A stretch of 64,000 bases of DNA from Armatimonadota bacterium (GTDB taxonomy: Bacteria > Armatimonadota > SYMT01): the NCBI GenBank assembly GCA_041690135.1, contig JAWLHY010000014.1, forward strand, positions 14,140 to 78,139. Reading direction: 5' to 3'. Under the pieces are notes generated by a model. That model was not told the origin of the DNA. It was given only the letters and a program-made list of their open reading frames with translations, and searched no databases. The position numbers were made by a program, and so were the translations under genes. Positions 28,660 to 38,302 of the stretch are shown in pieces (position 1 is the first letter of the stretch; every line of letters starts with the position of its first letter).

Positions 28660-29146
28660 CTACGGGGAAGATCCCCCAGTTTCTTGCTGGGTTGTGTAGG
28701 CTTGCTCCGGGTGATTGGGTTCGTCCGGATAGCGGCGAATCAAGAGGCGATCCTGGACCATGGGGGTCAGGACCTTTTCACGCAGTTTCACAGGTTCGCG
28801 ACCCATCAGTTCCCCCAAGTCAGTTGCTGTGAGATAGCGCCCCTTGCAAAGATCAGTAATGACTGCACGAATCGAGGCGGGAGATAGGCGCGGGGATGTG
28901 CGAGCTGGATGGGCGAGTTGAAGTAATTTTTTCCATTCCAGGTCGTCTCGGGTTTCCGTAGGGGGGAGTTCCCGGCATTAGGGGGGAGGCCCCGGCGTTA
29001 GGGGGGACTCCCCGGCGTTAGGGGAGTCCCCGGCGTTAGGGGGAGTCCCTACGTGCTGGTACCGGCAATCTGTAGGAAGTGCCACGACCGTGGCCCTCTT
29101 TGCAGAGGAAGCTCCGGGCGACCAACCGCTGAAGCACCTGAGTTAG
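28660..29146 (-). pseudogene. 3' remnant of an ATP-binding/winged-helix regulator-like gene, frameshifted in a G-run repeat
   Basis: Hand translation gives LTQVLQRLVARSFLCKEGHGRGTSYRLP, then repeats, then in another frame EWKKLLQLA...LCKGRYLTATDLGELMGR...LREKVLTPMVQDRLLIRRYPDEPNHPEQAY. The 5' part is missing. Confidence 0.7.
28959..29049. repeat. tandem 18-20-bp G-rich repeat
   Basis: TAGGGGGGAG/AC..CCCGGCGT units of 20, 20, 20 and 18 bp plus a partial unit. Confidence 0.9.
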
Positions 29147-29186
29147 CGGGGACGGGCCCCCTCCTTATCCTTATCCGGCTCTTAAT

Positions 29187-30281
29187 CTATTCGGGTCTAG
29201 ATTCCAGGGCGGCGGTGAGCTTCCAATCCATCCACCGCCGCCGATGGGGATCGAAGCGCCAGTAGATGCCGTCGACGGCGCCGCGGAGGGTAGTTCGGGT
29301 GCCGTAGTCGAGGACCGCCTCGAAAGCGCCCTCGAAGAGGTCGTAGTCATTCTCGGTCTTTGCCATCTTGATCCGGCCGCTGAGGATCGCCTGCTGCTTC
29401 CCGGCGGGCTTCAGGGTGAGGGTGCCTTTGACGACGCCGAACGGATGGAGCTGCTCGTTGACGCCGGGCGGGAAACAGAGGCGGAGCCAGCGCGACAGGC
29501 GGGAAGCCTCGACCTTGCGGGGCGACTCGGGAAAGGCGAGGGTCTTCCACTCCTCCTGGTTCTCGACGGTTTCGACGACCGGGTAACCATAGGCGCCCTC
29601 GCGACCAGGCACACGGATGAAGAGGCGAACGCCGTCTTTCACCTCCGGCAGCTTCAGGGCGGGCACCACCCTTGGCAGCTTGAGCCCGGCGACGCCGCGG
29701 GCGATCTCACCGGTGAAGTACTCCACGTAAGCGTCCGGCGAGAAGCCGAGCGGGTTGCCGGCGTTGCCGGGGAAACCGTTGAAGCTATGCCGGAGGGTGC
29801 CGTCCGGACCCAGGATGAAGCAGCGGACGTTGGAGCCGCCGCGCTGCGAAGCCTGGTAGAGGGGTAGCAGGTCCGCGGGGATCGGCTCCTGGTTCGCCTG
29901 GCCCCAGAAGGCGACGATGAACGGCTTCAGGGCCTCCACGACCCGGGGTTGAGAGAGGGAACTCCCCCTCACGTGCATCGAGTTCGCTCAACAGTGACCG
30001 CCGCGTAAGTCGCCAGCGTCCTCCAGTTGGGTCGTGGCGACGAAAAGGACCGGACGGTTCTCCTTCGCGGCGCGGGTTTTCGCCTCTTTCAGGGAGCCGG
30101 CCCAGTCCAGCTTGAAGATCTGGAGATCGCGGTCCGCCGGGCGCGCGGACCGGTAGGCGGCTAAAACTCGCGCCACGTCCGGATGGGATGCGGTGGACGG
30201 CGGGGCGGGTGCAGCGGCGGTGGTGACCGCCGCGAGGGTGAGCAGCAAGGAGCCGACAAGCCGTGGCAGAGTTCTGGACAT
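29187..30281 (-). CDS. putative secreted thioredoxin-like selenoprotein (in-frame UGA at 29988-29990)
   Basis: Two track ORFs are in the same frame: GGC GGT CAC TGT TGA GCG AAC TCG ATG = GGHC-U-ANSM. Signal peptide; WAGSLKEAKTRAAKENRPVLFV thioredoxin-like start; GGAGG upstream of ATG 30281. Confidence 0.72.
29938..29987 (-). promoter_or_regulatory. candidate bacterial SECIS element
   Basis: Hairpin GAGGGG-GAGU-UCCCUC with a G-initiated loop about 23 nt after the UGA; possible lower stem GCGAACUCG/CGGGUCGU. Folded by eye. Confidence 0.55.
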
Positions 30282-30517
30282 GGACACCTCCCGTGTTCGC
30301 TATCCCCTAGACGGTGGCCGGAAGGGGGTAGTTCGGCGTGTTGCGCTACCAGCATCGGTCTCCTCCTGCCCTGGGTCCTCTCCCATCACGGCTCCGCCCC
30401 GGCGTTCGGCTCCGCCCCGTCGCCACGATCATTCAGGACGTTCTGAGTATCCTGATCTACTTTGGCGTCGTTCAACTACTACTGGGTTAACGGACGCCAC
30501 TGGCAAGAGTTAAGGAA

Positions 30518-31015
30518 ATGCGGATGCAGCGTTCGCATCTGATCATCGTGGGAACGACCGGTCTCCTGCTGCTCGGAGTGCTCCTGGAACTGGTGCGCCA
30601 CTTCCTCAATGGCGATGTGGCGGCCCTGGCGGGGGCATTATGCCTCGCCATAATTCCCCTTCTCGGCATGTCCGCCTACTGGTACTGGGACATGGAACAG
30701 AACCCGGTCGCCCAGGAGCTCTCGGACACGGATATGGACGCCTATGTCCACCAGTGGGTCTATCCGCGGGTCCGGCCCTACGTCGTTCCGGCGGTCTTCG
30801 GGCAGACCGTACTCATTGGGCTCTGGATCGGCGCGCATGCAAACCGGACGCTGCTGATTGCCGCTGTCTTCTATGCTGTGTGGTTCGCGATTGGCCGTGT
30901 CTTCAAAACTGGGCCAAGGCCGAATGTGGCAGCCCTTTCCCTTGCGACTCTCGCGGTGGCCGCGATGCTGGGGCGGGGCCTGGCACAGTGGCTGGGGGCG
31001 GCACCGGGGTACTAA
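30518..31015 (+). CDS. multi-pass membrane hypothetical protein
   Basis: About five hydrophobic segments; AAGGA upstream. Confidence 0.65.
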   Translation: MRMQRSHLIIVGTTGLLLLGVLLELVRHFLNGDVAALAGALCLAIIPLLGMSAYWYWDMEQNPVAQELSDTDMDAYVHQWVYPRVRPYVVPAVFGQTVLIGLWIGAHANRTLLIAAVFYAVWFAIGRVFKTGPRPNVAALSLATLAVAAMLGRGLAQWLGAAPGY

Positions 31016-31065
31016 AGGGTCCACCCACCGGCAGCCGTGGCTGCCGGTGGATGGGACCTTTGTTT
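31015..31065 (+). terminator. long hairpin between convergent genes (terminator or REP)
   Basis: GGTCC-ACCCACCGGCAGCC / GGCTGCCGGTGGATGGGACC followed by TTTGTTT. Confidence 0.55.
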
Positions 31066-31345
31066 ATCTGCAGGGCGCGCAAATGAGATCTACTATAGGT
31101 CCCCAAAAGTCCACCGTCTTGCACAACGGGATCAGCACCATGACAACGGAACGCTGCGGCGAGACGTTCCCTACCGTTTCGGCTCCCAGATCAACGTGCC
31201 GGCACCCATTGCCAGGGGGTGACCTGGGGTTCTCCTCCGGTAGGGAATGTGACGCTGTTCCATTCCGCAGTTTCCGAATCCGATCCCGCTCCGCCAAACC
31301 GTGTGAACTCCCGGACCTCAGACCTTACCGCACTGCGTGACGGGA

Positions 31346-33709
31346 TCAGCCCGAACCGCCAGCCGCGGTGACTCCACTCCGGGCGGACTCGAGCAGCAGG
31401 CGCTGTTCGGCGGCGGCGATGATCCGGCGGGTGCGGCCCAATACGTCCGGGTTGACCGAGATGGAGTTGATGCCCCACTGGACCAGCTTCTCGGTGATCT
31501 CGGGGTAGACGGAAGGCGCCTGCCCGCAGATGGAGCAGGTGATGCCGTGCTCCCGGCAGGACCGGATGATGTCGTGGATGGCGCCCATCACGGCGGGGTC
31601 CCGTTCGTCGAAGAGGGTCGCCAGGGTCTGGCTGTCCCGGTCCACGCCGAGCATCAACTGGGTGAGGTCGTTGGAACCGATGGAGACTCCCGTTACTCCT
31701 TCCTGCACGTACCGGGGCAGCCAGTAGAGGATCGACGGCACCTCCGCCATCACCCAGTAGCCGAAGTTGGGATCGTCCGTGAGCCCCACCTCGTCCATCA
31801 GCCGGCGACACGCGCGGAGTTCCGACAGGGTGCGCACGAACGGGAGCATCAGGATGAGGTTATAGAGGCCCTGTTCGTCGCGGACCTTCTTGAACGCTTC
31901 CAGCTCCAGGCGGAACAGGTCCGGCTCCCGGATGTACCGGTAGGCGCCGCGGTAGCCGATCATCGGGTTCGCCTCTTTCGGCTCGAACTCTGCCCCGCCG
32001 ACCATGTCGCGGTACTCGTTGGTCCGGAAATCCGTGGTCCGCGCGACGACGGGTCGCGGCGCGAAGGCGCGGGCGAAGCGGCCCAGGTGCTCGGCCAGCC
32101 CGTCCCGGAATTCCTGGCCGCGCCCCTCGTTGATCAGCTTGCGCGGGTGGGTGTTATTGGTGGCGGAGAGGACCAGGAACTCGATCCGCAGCAGGCCCAC
32201 GCCGTCCACATCTTCTCGCGCGACCTTGTCCGCCAGCTCGGGCTGCCCGAGATTGACGTATAGCCGCGTAGCGGTGACCGGCGCCGGTGCCGCGGCGGCG
32301 CCGACCGGCGCGGCGGGTTCGGCAGCCCGCTGGGAACCCGCGAGGCGACCCCGGTAGACCACGCCTTCCGCGGCATCCACGGTGATGACCTCTCCGTCCG
32401 GAATCCGCCGCGTGCCTTCCTGCGTCCCCACGACGCAGGGAATCCCCAGCTCCCGGGAGACGATCGCCGCGTGCGCCGTCATCCCGCCTTCGTCGGTGAC
32501 GATGGCGGAGGCCTTCTTCATCAGGGGCACCCAGTCCGGCTCCGTCTTGCGGGTGATGAGCACATCGCCCGGCTGCAGCCGCTCGCTGTCGGCAAGGGAT
32601 TGCAGCAGGCGCGCCGTGCCGCCGGCCAGGCCCGGAGAGGCGCCGAGCCCTCGCACCAGGACTTCCGCTTCTTCCCGTTCCACTTCCGCCTGGGCGCCGC
32701 CCACCGCGGTGACGGGCCGGGACTGCACGATGGAGATCCGACCGTCCACCACCGCCCACTCGATATCCTGGGGGCAGCCGTAATGCGCTTCGATCTGCTT
32801 TCCGAACCCGGCGATTTTGCGGACCAGCTCCTCCGTGAGGCAGGGGCGCCGCGCTTCCTCTCCGGCCACCTCGCGCCGCTGGTTCTCCCCGCGCTCGTCC
32901 CGGTAGGCGATGACGTGCTTCTCGGCCAGCCGCTCCCGGGTGAGGTGGAGCGTGTTCTTATCGACTTCCCAGTGGTCCGGGCTCACCGCGCCGCTGACCA
33001 CGGTATCTCCCAGCCCGAAGGCGCCCTCGATCACCAGGGTCTTGCGGTCGCCGTTTGCGGGGTTTACGGTAAACATCACCCCGGCGGACTCGGAGTCGAC
33101 CATCGCCTGGACGACCACCGCGATTGCGATCTTCTCCTCCGGAATGCCCTGCTTCCGGCGGTAGAAGAGCACCCGCGCGCCGTAAAGGGATTTCCAGCAA
33201 TCCCGGACCGCCTCCAGCAGGGCTTCCTCGCCGCGCACGTTCAGGATCGTCTCGTTCATCCCCGCGAACGAGGTGCCCGGCATATCCTCGGCCGTGGCGC
33301 TCGACCGCACCGCGACGAATGGCTCGTTGACTTCACAGCGCTTACCCAGCTCCCGGTACGCCCCGAGGAGGGCCTTCCGGATCTCTTCCGGGAAGGGCGC
33401 CCCCGCAACGCTCTCCTGAAGCTCGAGCGCCGTCCTGGAGAGGGCCGGTGTGTGGTCCACGTCCAACTGCTCGACCGTTTCGAGAATGCGGTCCCGGAGG
33501 CCGGCCTCCGCGAGGAAGGTGCGGAACGCCTCCGCCGTGGCCACGAACGCGGGGGGGACCGGCATCCCGAACGACAGCAACTCGCCCAGGTTCGCGCCTT
33601 TCCCACCGACGAGGTCCGTATCACCGGCGGAGAGCTCCTCCAGCCAGCGGACGCCGGTATCGGCCAGGACTTCGCGGGATCGATCCAGGGAAAGGGTGGG
33701 AGTGCTCAT
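31346..33709 (-). CDS. ppsA: phosphoenolpyruvate synthase
   Basis: VGGKGANLGEL, AVRSSATAED, PQDIEW, GGMTAHAAIVSRE, EANPMIGYRG, SIGSNDLTQ, ICGQAPS. Confidence 0.95.
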   Translation of the reverse strand: MSTPTLSLDRSREVLADTGVRWLEELSAGDTDLVGGKGANLGELLSFGMPVPPAFVATAEAFRTFLAEAGLRDRILETVEQLDVDHTPALSRTALELQESVAGAPFPEEIRKALLGAYRELGKRCEVNEPFVAVRSSATAEDMPGTSFAGMNETILNVRGEEALLEAVRDCWKSLYGARVLFYRRKQGIPEEKIAIAVVVQAMVDSESAGVMFTVNPANGDRKTLVIEGAFGLGDTVVSGAVSPDHWEVDKNTLHLTRERLAEKHVIAYRDERGENQRREVAGEEARRPCLTEELVRKIAGFGKQIEAHYGCPQDIEWAVVDGRISIVQSRPVTAVGGAQAEVEREEAEVLVRGLGASPGLAGGTARLLQSLADSERLQPGDVLITRKTEPDWVPLMKKASAIVTDEGGMTAHAAIVSRELGIPCVVGTQEGTRRIPDGEVITVDAAEGVVYRGRLAGSQRAAEPAAPVGAAAAPAPVTATRLYVNLGQPELADKVAREDVDGVGLLRIEFLVLSATNNTHPRKLINEGRGQEFRDGLAEHLGRFARAFAPRPVVARTTDFRTNEYRDMVGGAEFEPKEANPMIGYRGAYRYIREPDLFRLELEAFKKVRDEQGLYNLILMLPFVRTLSELRACRRLMDEVGLTDDPNFGYWVMAEVPSILYWLPRYVQEGVTGVSIGSNDLTQLMLGVDRDSQTLATLFDERDPAVMGAIHDIIRSCREHGITCSICGQAPSVYPEITEKLVQWGINSISVNPDVLGRTRRIIAAAEQRLLLESARSGVTAAGGSG

Positions 33710-33821
33710 CGGGGTACCTCCATCACGCACAGGGTCGGACCGGTTCTGAAACTTGCGGAACGGCCGCGCCGTTCCAGAACCAGCGTTCCCCGCCCCTGCG
33801 GAGGTGAACCGATGACTTTTG

Positions 33822-35312
33822 CTATGCCAGGATGTCGCGGATGACGTGGCCGTGGACGTCCGTGAGGCGGCGCTGGATGCCGTTGTGGTAGTAGGTCAGC
33901 TTCTCGTGGTCGAAGCCGAGGAGGTGGAGCACGGTGGCGTGGAAGTCGTACAGGGTGGTGACGTTTTCCACGGCGCGGTGGCCGAACTCGTCCGTAGCGC
34001 CGTAGCTCATCCCCGGCTTGAGTCCCGCGCCGGACATGAAAACGGTGAAACCGAGCTGGTTGTGATCTCGGCCCGGCTTCCCCTTGCCCTGGCTGAAGGG
34101 GGTACGGCCAAACTCCGTGACCCAGAGGAACAGGGTGTCCTCCAGCATGCCCCGCTGCTTCAGGTCGCGGATGAGGGCCGCGACGGGCTGGTCCATGATC
34201 CGGGCTTCCTGGGTGTGGTTCTGCAGCACGTTCTCGTGGGCGTCCCAATTGACCCGGGGCTTCATGGCGCTGCCGCCCTGGTAGAGCTGCACGAACTTGA
34301 CGCCTCGCTCCAGTAGGCGGCGGGCCAGCAGGCAGTTCCTGGCGAACGGTCCGCTGATCGGGTCGTCGAGGCCGTAGAGCCGCTGCGTGGCGGGCGACTC
34401 GCGGGAGAAGTCGATCGCCTCCGGCACGCTCGACTGCATCCGGGCGGCGAGCTCGTAGGCGGCGATCCGGGCGCGCAGGTCGGAGTTGCCGGGTCGCCGC
34501 TGGCTGTGGCTCTCGTTCAGAACCCGCAGCAGGGAGAGGGCTTCTCCCTGCTCATCCGGGGTGATCCCTTGCGGCGGGAAGAGATCCACCACGGGCGCTC
34601 CCTTCGTACGGAGGGCGGTTCCCTGGTGGCGCGCCGGTAGAAAACCGGAGCTCCAGTTGGTGGCGCCTCCCGCCGGGACACCGCGCGGATCCGGGAGCAC
34701 TACGAAGAACGGCAGGTTCTCGGAAGCGTGCCCCAGCGCGTAGGAGAACCAGGCACCCAGGCAGGGATAGCCGTTGCGGATGAAGCCGCTGTTCATCTGG
34801 AACTGGGCGGGACCGTGGTTGGCGCTCTTCGCCGTCATCCCGTGCAGGAAGGTGAGGTCGTCCACGCACTCCGCCAGGTGCGGCAGCAACGAGCTGCAGT
34901 AGAGGCCGCTCTTCCCGTGGCGCCGGAACTCCCACGGGCTCTTCATCAGGTTGCCGACCTTGCCGTTGAAGGTGTCGATGCGGTCCCCGCCTGGCATCTC
35001 CTCCCCGTGCCGCTTCCACAGCTCCGGCTTGTAGTCGAAGGTGTCCACCTGGCTCGCCCCGCCGGTGAGGAAGACCTGTACCACCCGCTTTGCCTGGGGG
35101 CGGTGGTGGAGGGGGGAAGGGGGAGAGGGGAGGGTGGAGGGTGGAGAGGAGAGGGGGGAGGGTGTGGAGGGGGCGGCGTGGGATTCCTGGGCCAGGAGGC
35201 AGGGGATCACCGTTCCGAGCAGGCCCAGGCCCGCCTCGGACAGCAGATCCCGCCGGGAGCGTGTCGTGGCTCCGGTCTTCTCGCTCAGCTCTGATTTGCC
35301 TCGGTTTTTCAT
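33822..35312 (-). CDS. DUF1501 family protein (Tat-like N-terminus)
   Basis: SRRDLL, GGASQVDTFDYKP, YELAARMQ, LLARRLLERGV, WDAH, EFGRTP, GRDHN. ATG 35312 follows GGAG. Confidence 0.92.
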   Translation of the reverse strand: MKNRGKSELSEKTGATTRSRRDLLSEAGLGLLGTVIPCLLAQESHAAPSTPSPLSSPPSTLPSPPSPLHHRPQAKRVVQVFLTGGASQVDTFDYKPELWKRHGEEMPGGDRIDTFNGKVGNLMKSPWEFRRHGKSGLYCSSLLPHLAECVDDLTFLHGMTAKSANHGPAQFQMNSGFIRNGYPCLGAWFSYALGHASENLPFFVVLPDPRGVPAGGATNWSSGFLPARHQGTALRTKGAPVVDLFPPQGITPDEQGEALSLLRVLNESHSQRRPGNSDLRARIAAYELAARMQSSVPEAIDFSRESPATQRLYGLDDPISGPFARNCLLARRLLERGVKFVQLYQGGSAMKPRVNWDAHENVLQNHTQEARIMDQPVAALIRDLKQRGMLEDTLFLWVTEFGRTPFSQGKGKPGRDHNQLGFTVFMSGAGLKPGMSYGATDEFGHRAVENVTTLYDFHATVLHLLGFDHEKLTYYHNGIQRRLTDVHGHVIRDILA

Positions 35313-35327
35313 CTCCACCCGTCTCCT

Positions 35328-35500
35328 CCCCGGATTGAAATCCGGGGCTGACTGACGCAGCCGGCCCCGTTCTCCTCCCCGAATCAAAACGCGGGGTAGC
35401 GCGACCAAAGTCCGTCGCCGTCCCGTCCCCGGATTGAAATCCGGGGCTGACTGACCGAAGTCCGCACCCCCTCGGGGCGTAAACCTGCGCGGACTCGGAA
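35328..35500. repeat. two REP-like CCCGGATTGAAATCCGGGGCTGACTGAC copies
   Basis: Direct copies at 35328 and 35428; the second carries a 19-bp insert at 35465-35483. Confidence 0.8.
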
Positions 35501-35654
35501 TGTCCATTGTGAGGCCCGGTTCCCGGCTGGGAAGAGCCTCGCCGAATACGGCTGTCAGCCCTGCTTCGCCGGGACTGGACGCCAGTCCGGCACCCCTTGC
35601 GATCACCGCCTCAGAACCCGCTGCTGGAAATCGGAAGGGATATCCGAGCCCTCA

Positions 35655-35807
35655 CGGAGTCCCGTCCTCAGACGGTGATTTGCGAAGACCGTGACGGGAC
35701 CCCGACACCGGTTAACAAACGCTGTCCATGGCCATGGAAGTTTGCGGTCGGTGCTGGCGGGTCGCGTCTACAGGCTCGCGAGCCTACCGTCTGAAGACGG
35801 GACTCCG
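35655..35807. mobile_element. REPIN/MITE-like element with 22-bp terminal inverted repeats
   Basis: CGGAGTCCCGTCCTCAGACGGT (35655-35676) and ACCGTCTGAAGACGGGACTCCG (35786-35807), one mismatch. Confidence 0.6.
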
Positions 35808-35956
35808 AGCGCGCGCCGCGTTGTTTAGCTACTGTGAAACAGCGTCCACGCATTCCACCATCGCCATGGGAGCGACTCCACAGCCCTCAACCTGCCAACT
35901 TTCCAACCTGCAAACCTGCCAACTCAGCACCCACTTCCGCCAAACAGGCCCTACCC

Positions 35957-38302
35957 TTAATCCAGGTACAGGAATTCATTCGTATTGAACAGCACCCGGC
36001 ACCAGGCTTTCAGGCCGCGGCCGTGGACGAAGGGGAGCACGCGCTCCAGCTCGTCCGGGCGGGGCTCCCGGTTGAACACGAGGCGGTAGGAGAGCCGGAC
36101 CTGCTCCATCGGGTCCTTTCCGGCTTCCCGCCGCAGGCGCTCCGCCAGCGAGCCGCTGTGGCGGTCCACGAAGCTGTTGTTCAGCAGGCTCAGGGCCTGG
36201 GTGGCCGTGGTGGTGGCGGCACGCCGGGGCGTGGTGTTGGAGGGGTCGGGGCAGTCCAGGTTCGTAAGGAGCGGGTCTTCGGCGCCGCGGACCACCATCC
36301 GGTAGATCGCGCGCCGGCAGTACTCCTCGCCTTCCGGATCGACCGGCTGGTAGAGTGCTCCCGCGTTCTCCTGGAAGGTGAAGAGCCGGAAGCCGGGCCC
36401 GCCTCGCTGCGGGTTCAGGCGGCCCGCCACGGCGAGGATCGTATCGCGCACCTCCTCGGACTCCAGCCGCCGGGACTCGTGCCGCCACAACAGCCGGTTG
36501 CCGGAGTCCACCGCCGCCGCCTTCGGGTTCCACGCGGAGCTCTGCCGGTAGGTGGTGGAAAGGACGAGGGTGCGGATGAGACGCTTGAGGCTCCAGGGGT
36601 ATTGCGTATTGCGTATTGCGTACTTCGAACCCCCGGAATCAGAACCTGCTGCGGTCAACAGGGTTCCTCTCCCCCTTTCTCCCTGCCCCCTTGCTCCCCT
36701 GCGTTCTGCCAGACCGTACCTGCCTTGTGGAACCGGCTCCCCGGCGACGAAGGAGCTTGCCAGGAAGTCCAGCAGTTCCGGGTGCGAGGGGCGGTCGCCG
36801 TTGAAGCCGAAATCGTTGGGGGTGGCGACGAGGCCCTGGCCGAAGAGCCAGCCCCAGACCCGGTTCACGGCCACGCGCGGGGTGAGCGGGTTGCGGGGAT
36901 CGGTGAGCCACTCGGCCAGCTTACGACGGCGGGCGGGGTCGCTGTCCGCTTGCGGTGCGAGATCCGCGGGGAGCATCCGGAGGGCGGAAAGGGCGCCGGG
37001 GGTCACTTCCGCACCGGGAGCGAGGACGCTGCCGCGCTGCAGCAGGCGGGTAACAGCGGGCTTCTCCGAACGGACCGCGTAGTACTGGCTCTTCCCCTTG
37101 GGTCCGTAGTGCCGCGCCCCGGCGAGGGCGGCGGAGATCCGGTAGTACTCCTTCTGGGAGATCGGGTCGAACTTGTGGTCGTGGCAGCGGGCGCACTGGG
37201 CCGTCATGCCCAGGAAGACCTGCATGGTGGTCCCGATCATGTCTTCCAGCTCATCCTGCCGGACCTCGGAGCGCATGATCTCGGACGAGACGTTGGCGCC
37301 CACCGAGTCGTGTCCCCCGGCAACGAGGAAGGCCGTGGGGATTACGGCATCCGGGTCGTCCGGGTGGAACGCATCTCCGGCGAGTTGTTCGCGAACGAAC
37401 TGGTCATAGGGCAGGTCCCGGTTGAATGCTTCGATCACCCAGTCGCGGTAGGGCCAGGCGTTGGCGCGGGGCAGGTCGTGCTCGTAGCCGTCGCTCTCCG
37501 CGAAGCGGACGGCATCCAGCCACCGGCGCGCCATCCGCTCCCCGTACCGGGGAGAGCTCAGAAGGCGGTCCACCAGCCGCTCGTAGTCGCCCGGCGCGCG
37601 GTCACGGACGAACGCCTCCACCTCTTGCGGCGTGGGGGGCAGGCCGTGAAGATCGAAGGTGACGCGCCGGATGTAGACCTCCCGCGGCGCCTCCGGGGCG
37701 AAGCGGAGACCGGCCTGTTTGAGCTTCCGGCCCACGAAGCGGTCCACCGCCCGGCTGTGCCAGGGAATATCTGGGGACAGCGGCAGGCTCTTTGCCTCAC
37801 CCGGCGGAGAGACCCGCTTCAGCGGCTGGAGCGACCACCAGTCCAGCCCGGCCCGCTCGCTGGTGGTGGCGGTTACCGGTTTGAGGCGCTCGCCCTCCCA
37901 GGGGGCGCCCGCTTCCACCCAGGCCCGGATCGCCTCCACCTCCGCCGTGGGCAGTTTTCCCTTCGGGGGCATCGTGCCGTCCGCGACCCGCTGCACCAGC
38001 CGGCTTATGGCGGCCTTACCGGGGATCAACACGGGGCCCGTGCCGGAGCCCTTCAGCAGGGTCTCACGGGTGCCCAGGTCCAGGCCGGCCAGGGGAGAAG
38101 CCTCGCCGTGGCACCCCAGGCAGCGGCCGACGAGGATGGGGCGGACCTTCTCCCGGAAGTAGCGCGCATCCACCGCCGGGGCCGCACCCAGGCCGGGAGC
38201 CGCCGCCGGTGGGTTGCCCTCCGTGCGCCCCTGCGTTGCGCACCACAGCCCCGTCCCCAGCAGCAGTCCCCCCATCCCCAGCCGTGTCAGCCGTCGCAAC
38301 AC
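35957..38302 (-). CDS. planctomycete-type cytochrome c + DUF1549 + DUF1553 protein
   Basis: CLGCHG, MPP, YGERMARRWLD, CARCHDHKFDP, NPLTPRVAVNRVW, PSHPELLD, NTNEFLY. Confidence 0.92.
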   Translation of the reverse strand: MLRRLTRLGMGGLLLGTGLWCATQGRTEGNPPAAAPGLGAAPAVDARYFREKVRPILVGRCLGCHGEASPLAGLDLGTRETLLKGSGTGPVLIPGKAAISRLVQRVADGTMPPKGKLPTAEVEAIRAWVEAGAPWEGERLKPVTATTSERAGLDWWSLQPLKRVSPPGEAKSLPLSPDIPWHSRAVDRFVGRKLKQAGLRFAPEAPREVYIRRVTFDLHGLPPTPQEVEAFVRDRAPGDYERLVDRLLSSPRYGERMARRWLDAVRFAESDGYEHDLPRANAWPYRDWVIEAFNRDLPYDQFVREQLAGDAFHPDDPDAVIPTAFLVAGGHDSVGANVSSEIMRSEVRQDELEDMIGTTMQVFLGMTAQCARCHDHKFDPISQKEYYRISAALAGARHYGPKGKSQYYAVRSEKPAVTRLLQRGSVLAPGAEVTPGALSALRMLPADLAPQADSDPARRRKLAEWLTDPRNPLTPRVAVNRVWGWLFGQGLVATPNDFGFNGDRPSHPELLDFLASSFVAGEPVPQGRYGLAERRGARGQGERGRGTLLTAAGSDSGGSKYAIRNTQYPWSLKRLIRTLVLSTTYRQSSAWNPKAAAVDSGNRLLWRHESRRLESEEVRDTILAVAGRLNPQRGGPGFRLFTFQENAGALYQPVDPEGEEYCRRAIYRMVVRGAEDPLLTNLDCPDPSNTTPRRAATTTATQALSLLNNSFVDRHSGSLAERLRREAGKDPMEQVRLSYRLVFNREPRPDELERVLPFVHGRGLKAWCRVLFNTNEFLYLD

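Noticed and set aside
28959-29049. Possible CRISPR array
   Set aside because: The units are contiguous with no unique spacers and there are no cas genes; better explained as a decayed coding repeat.
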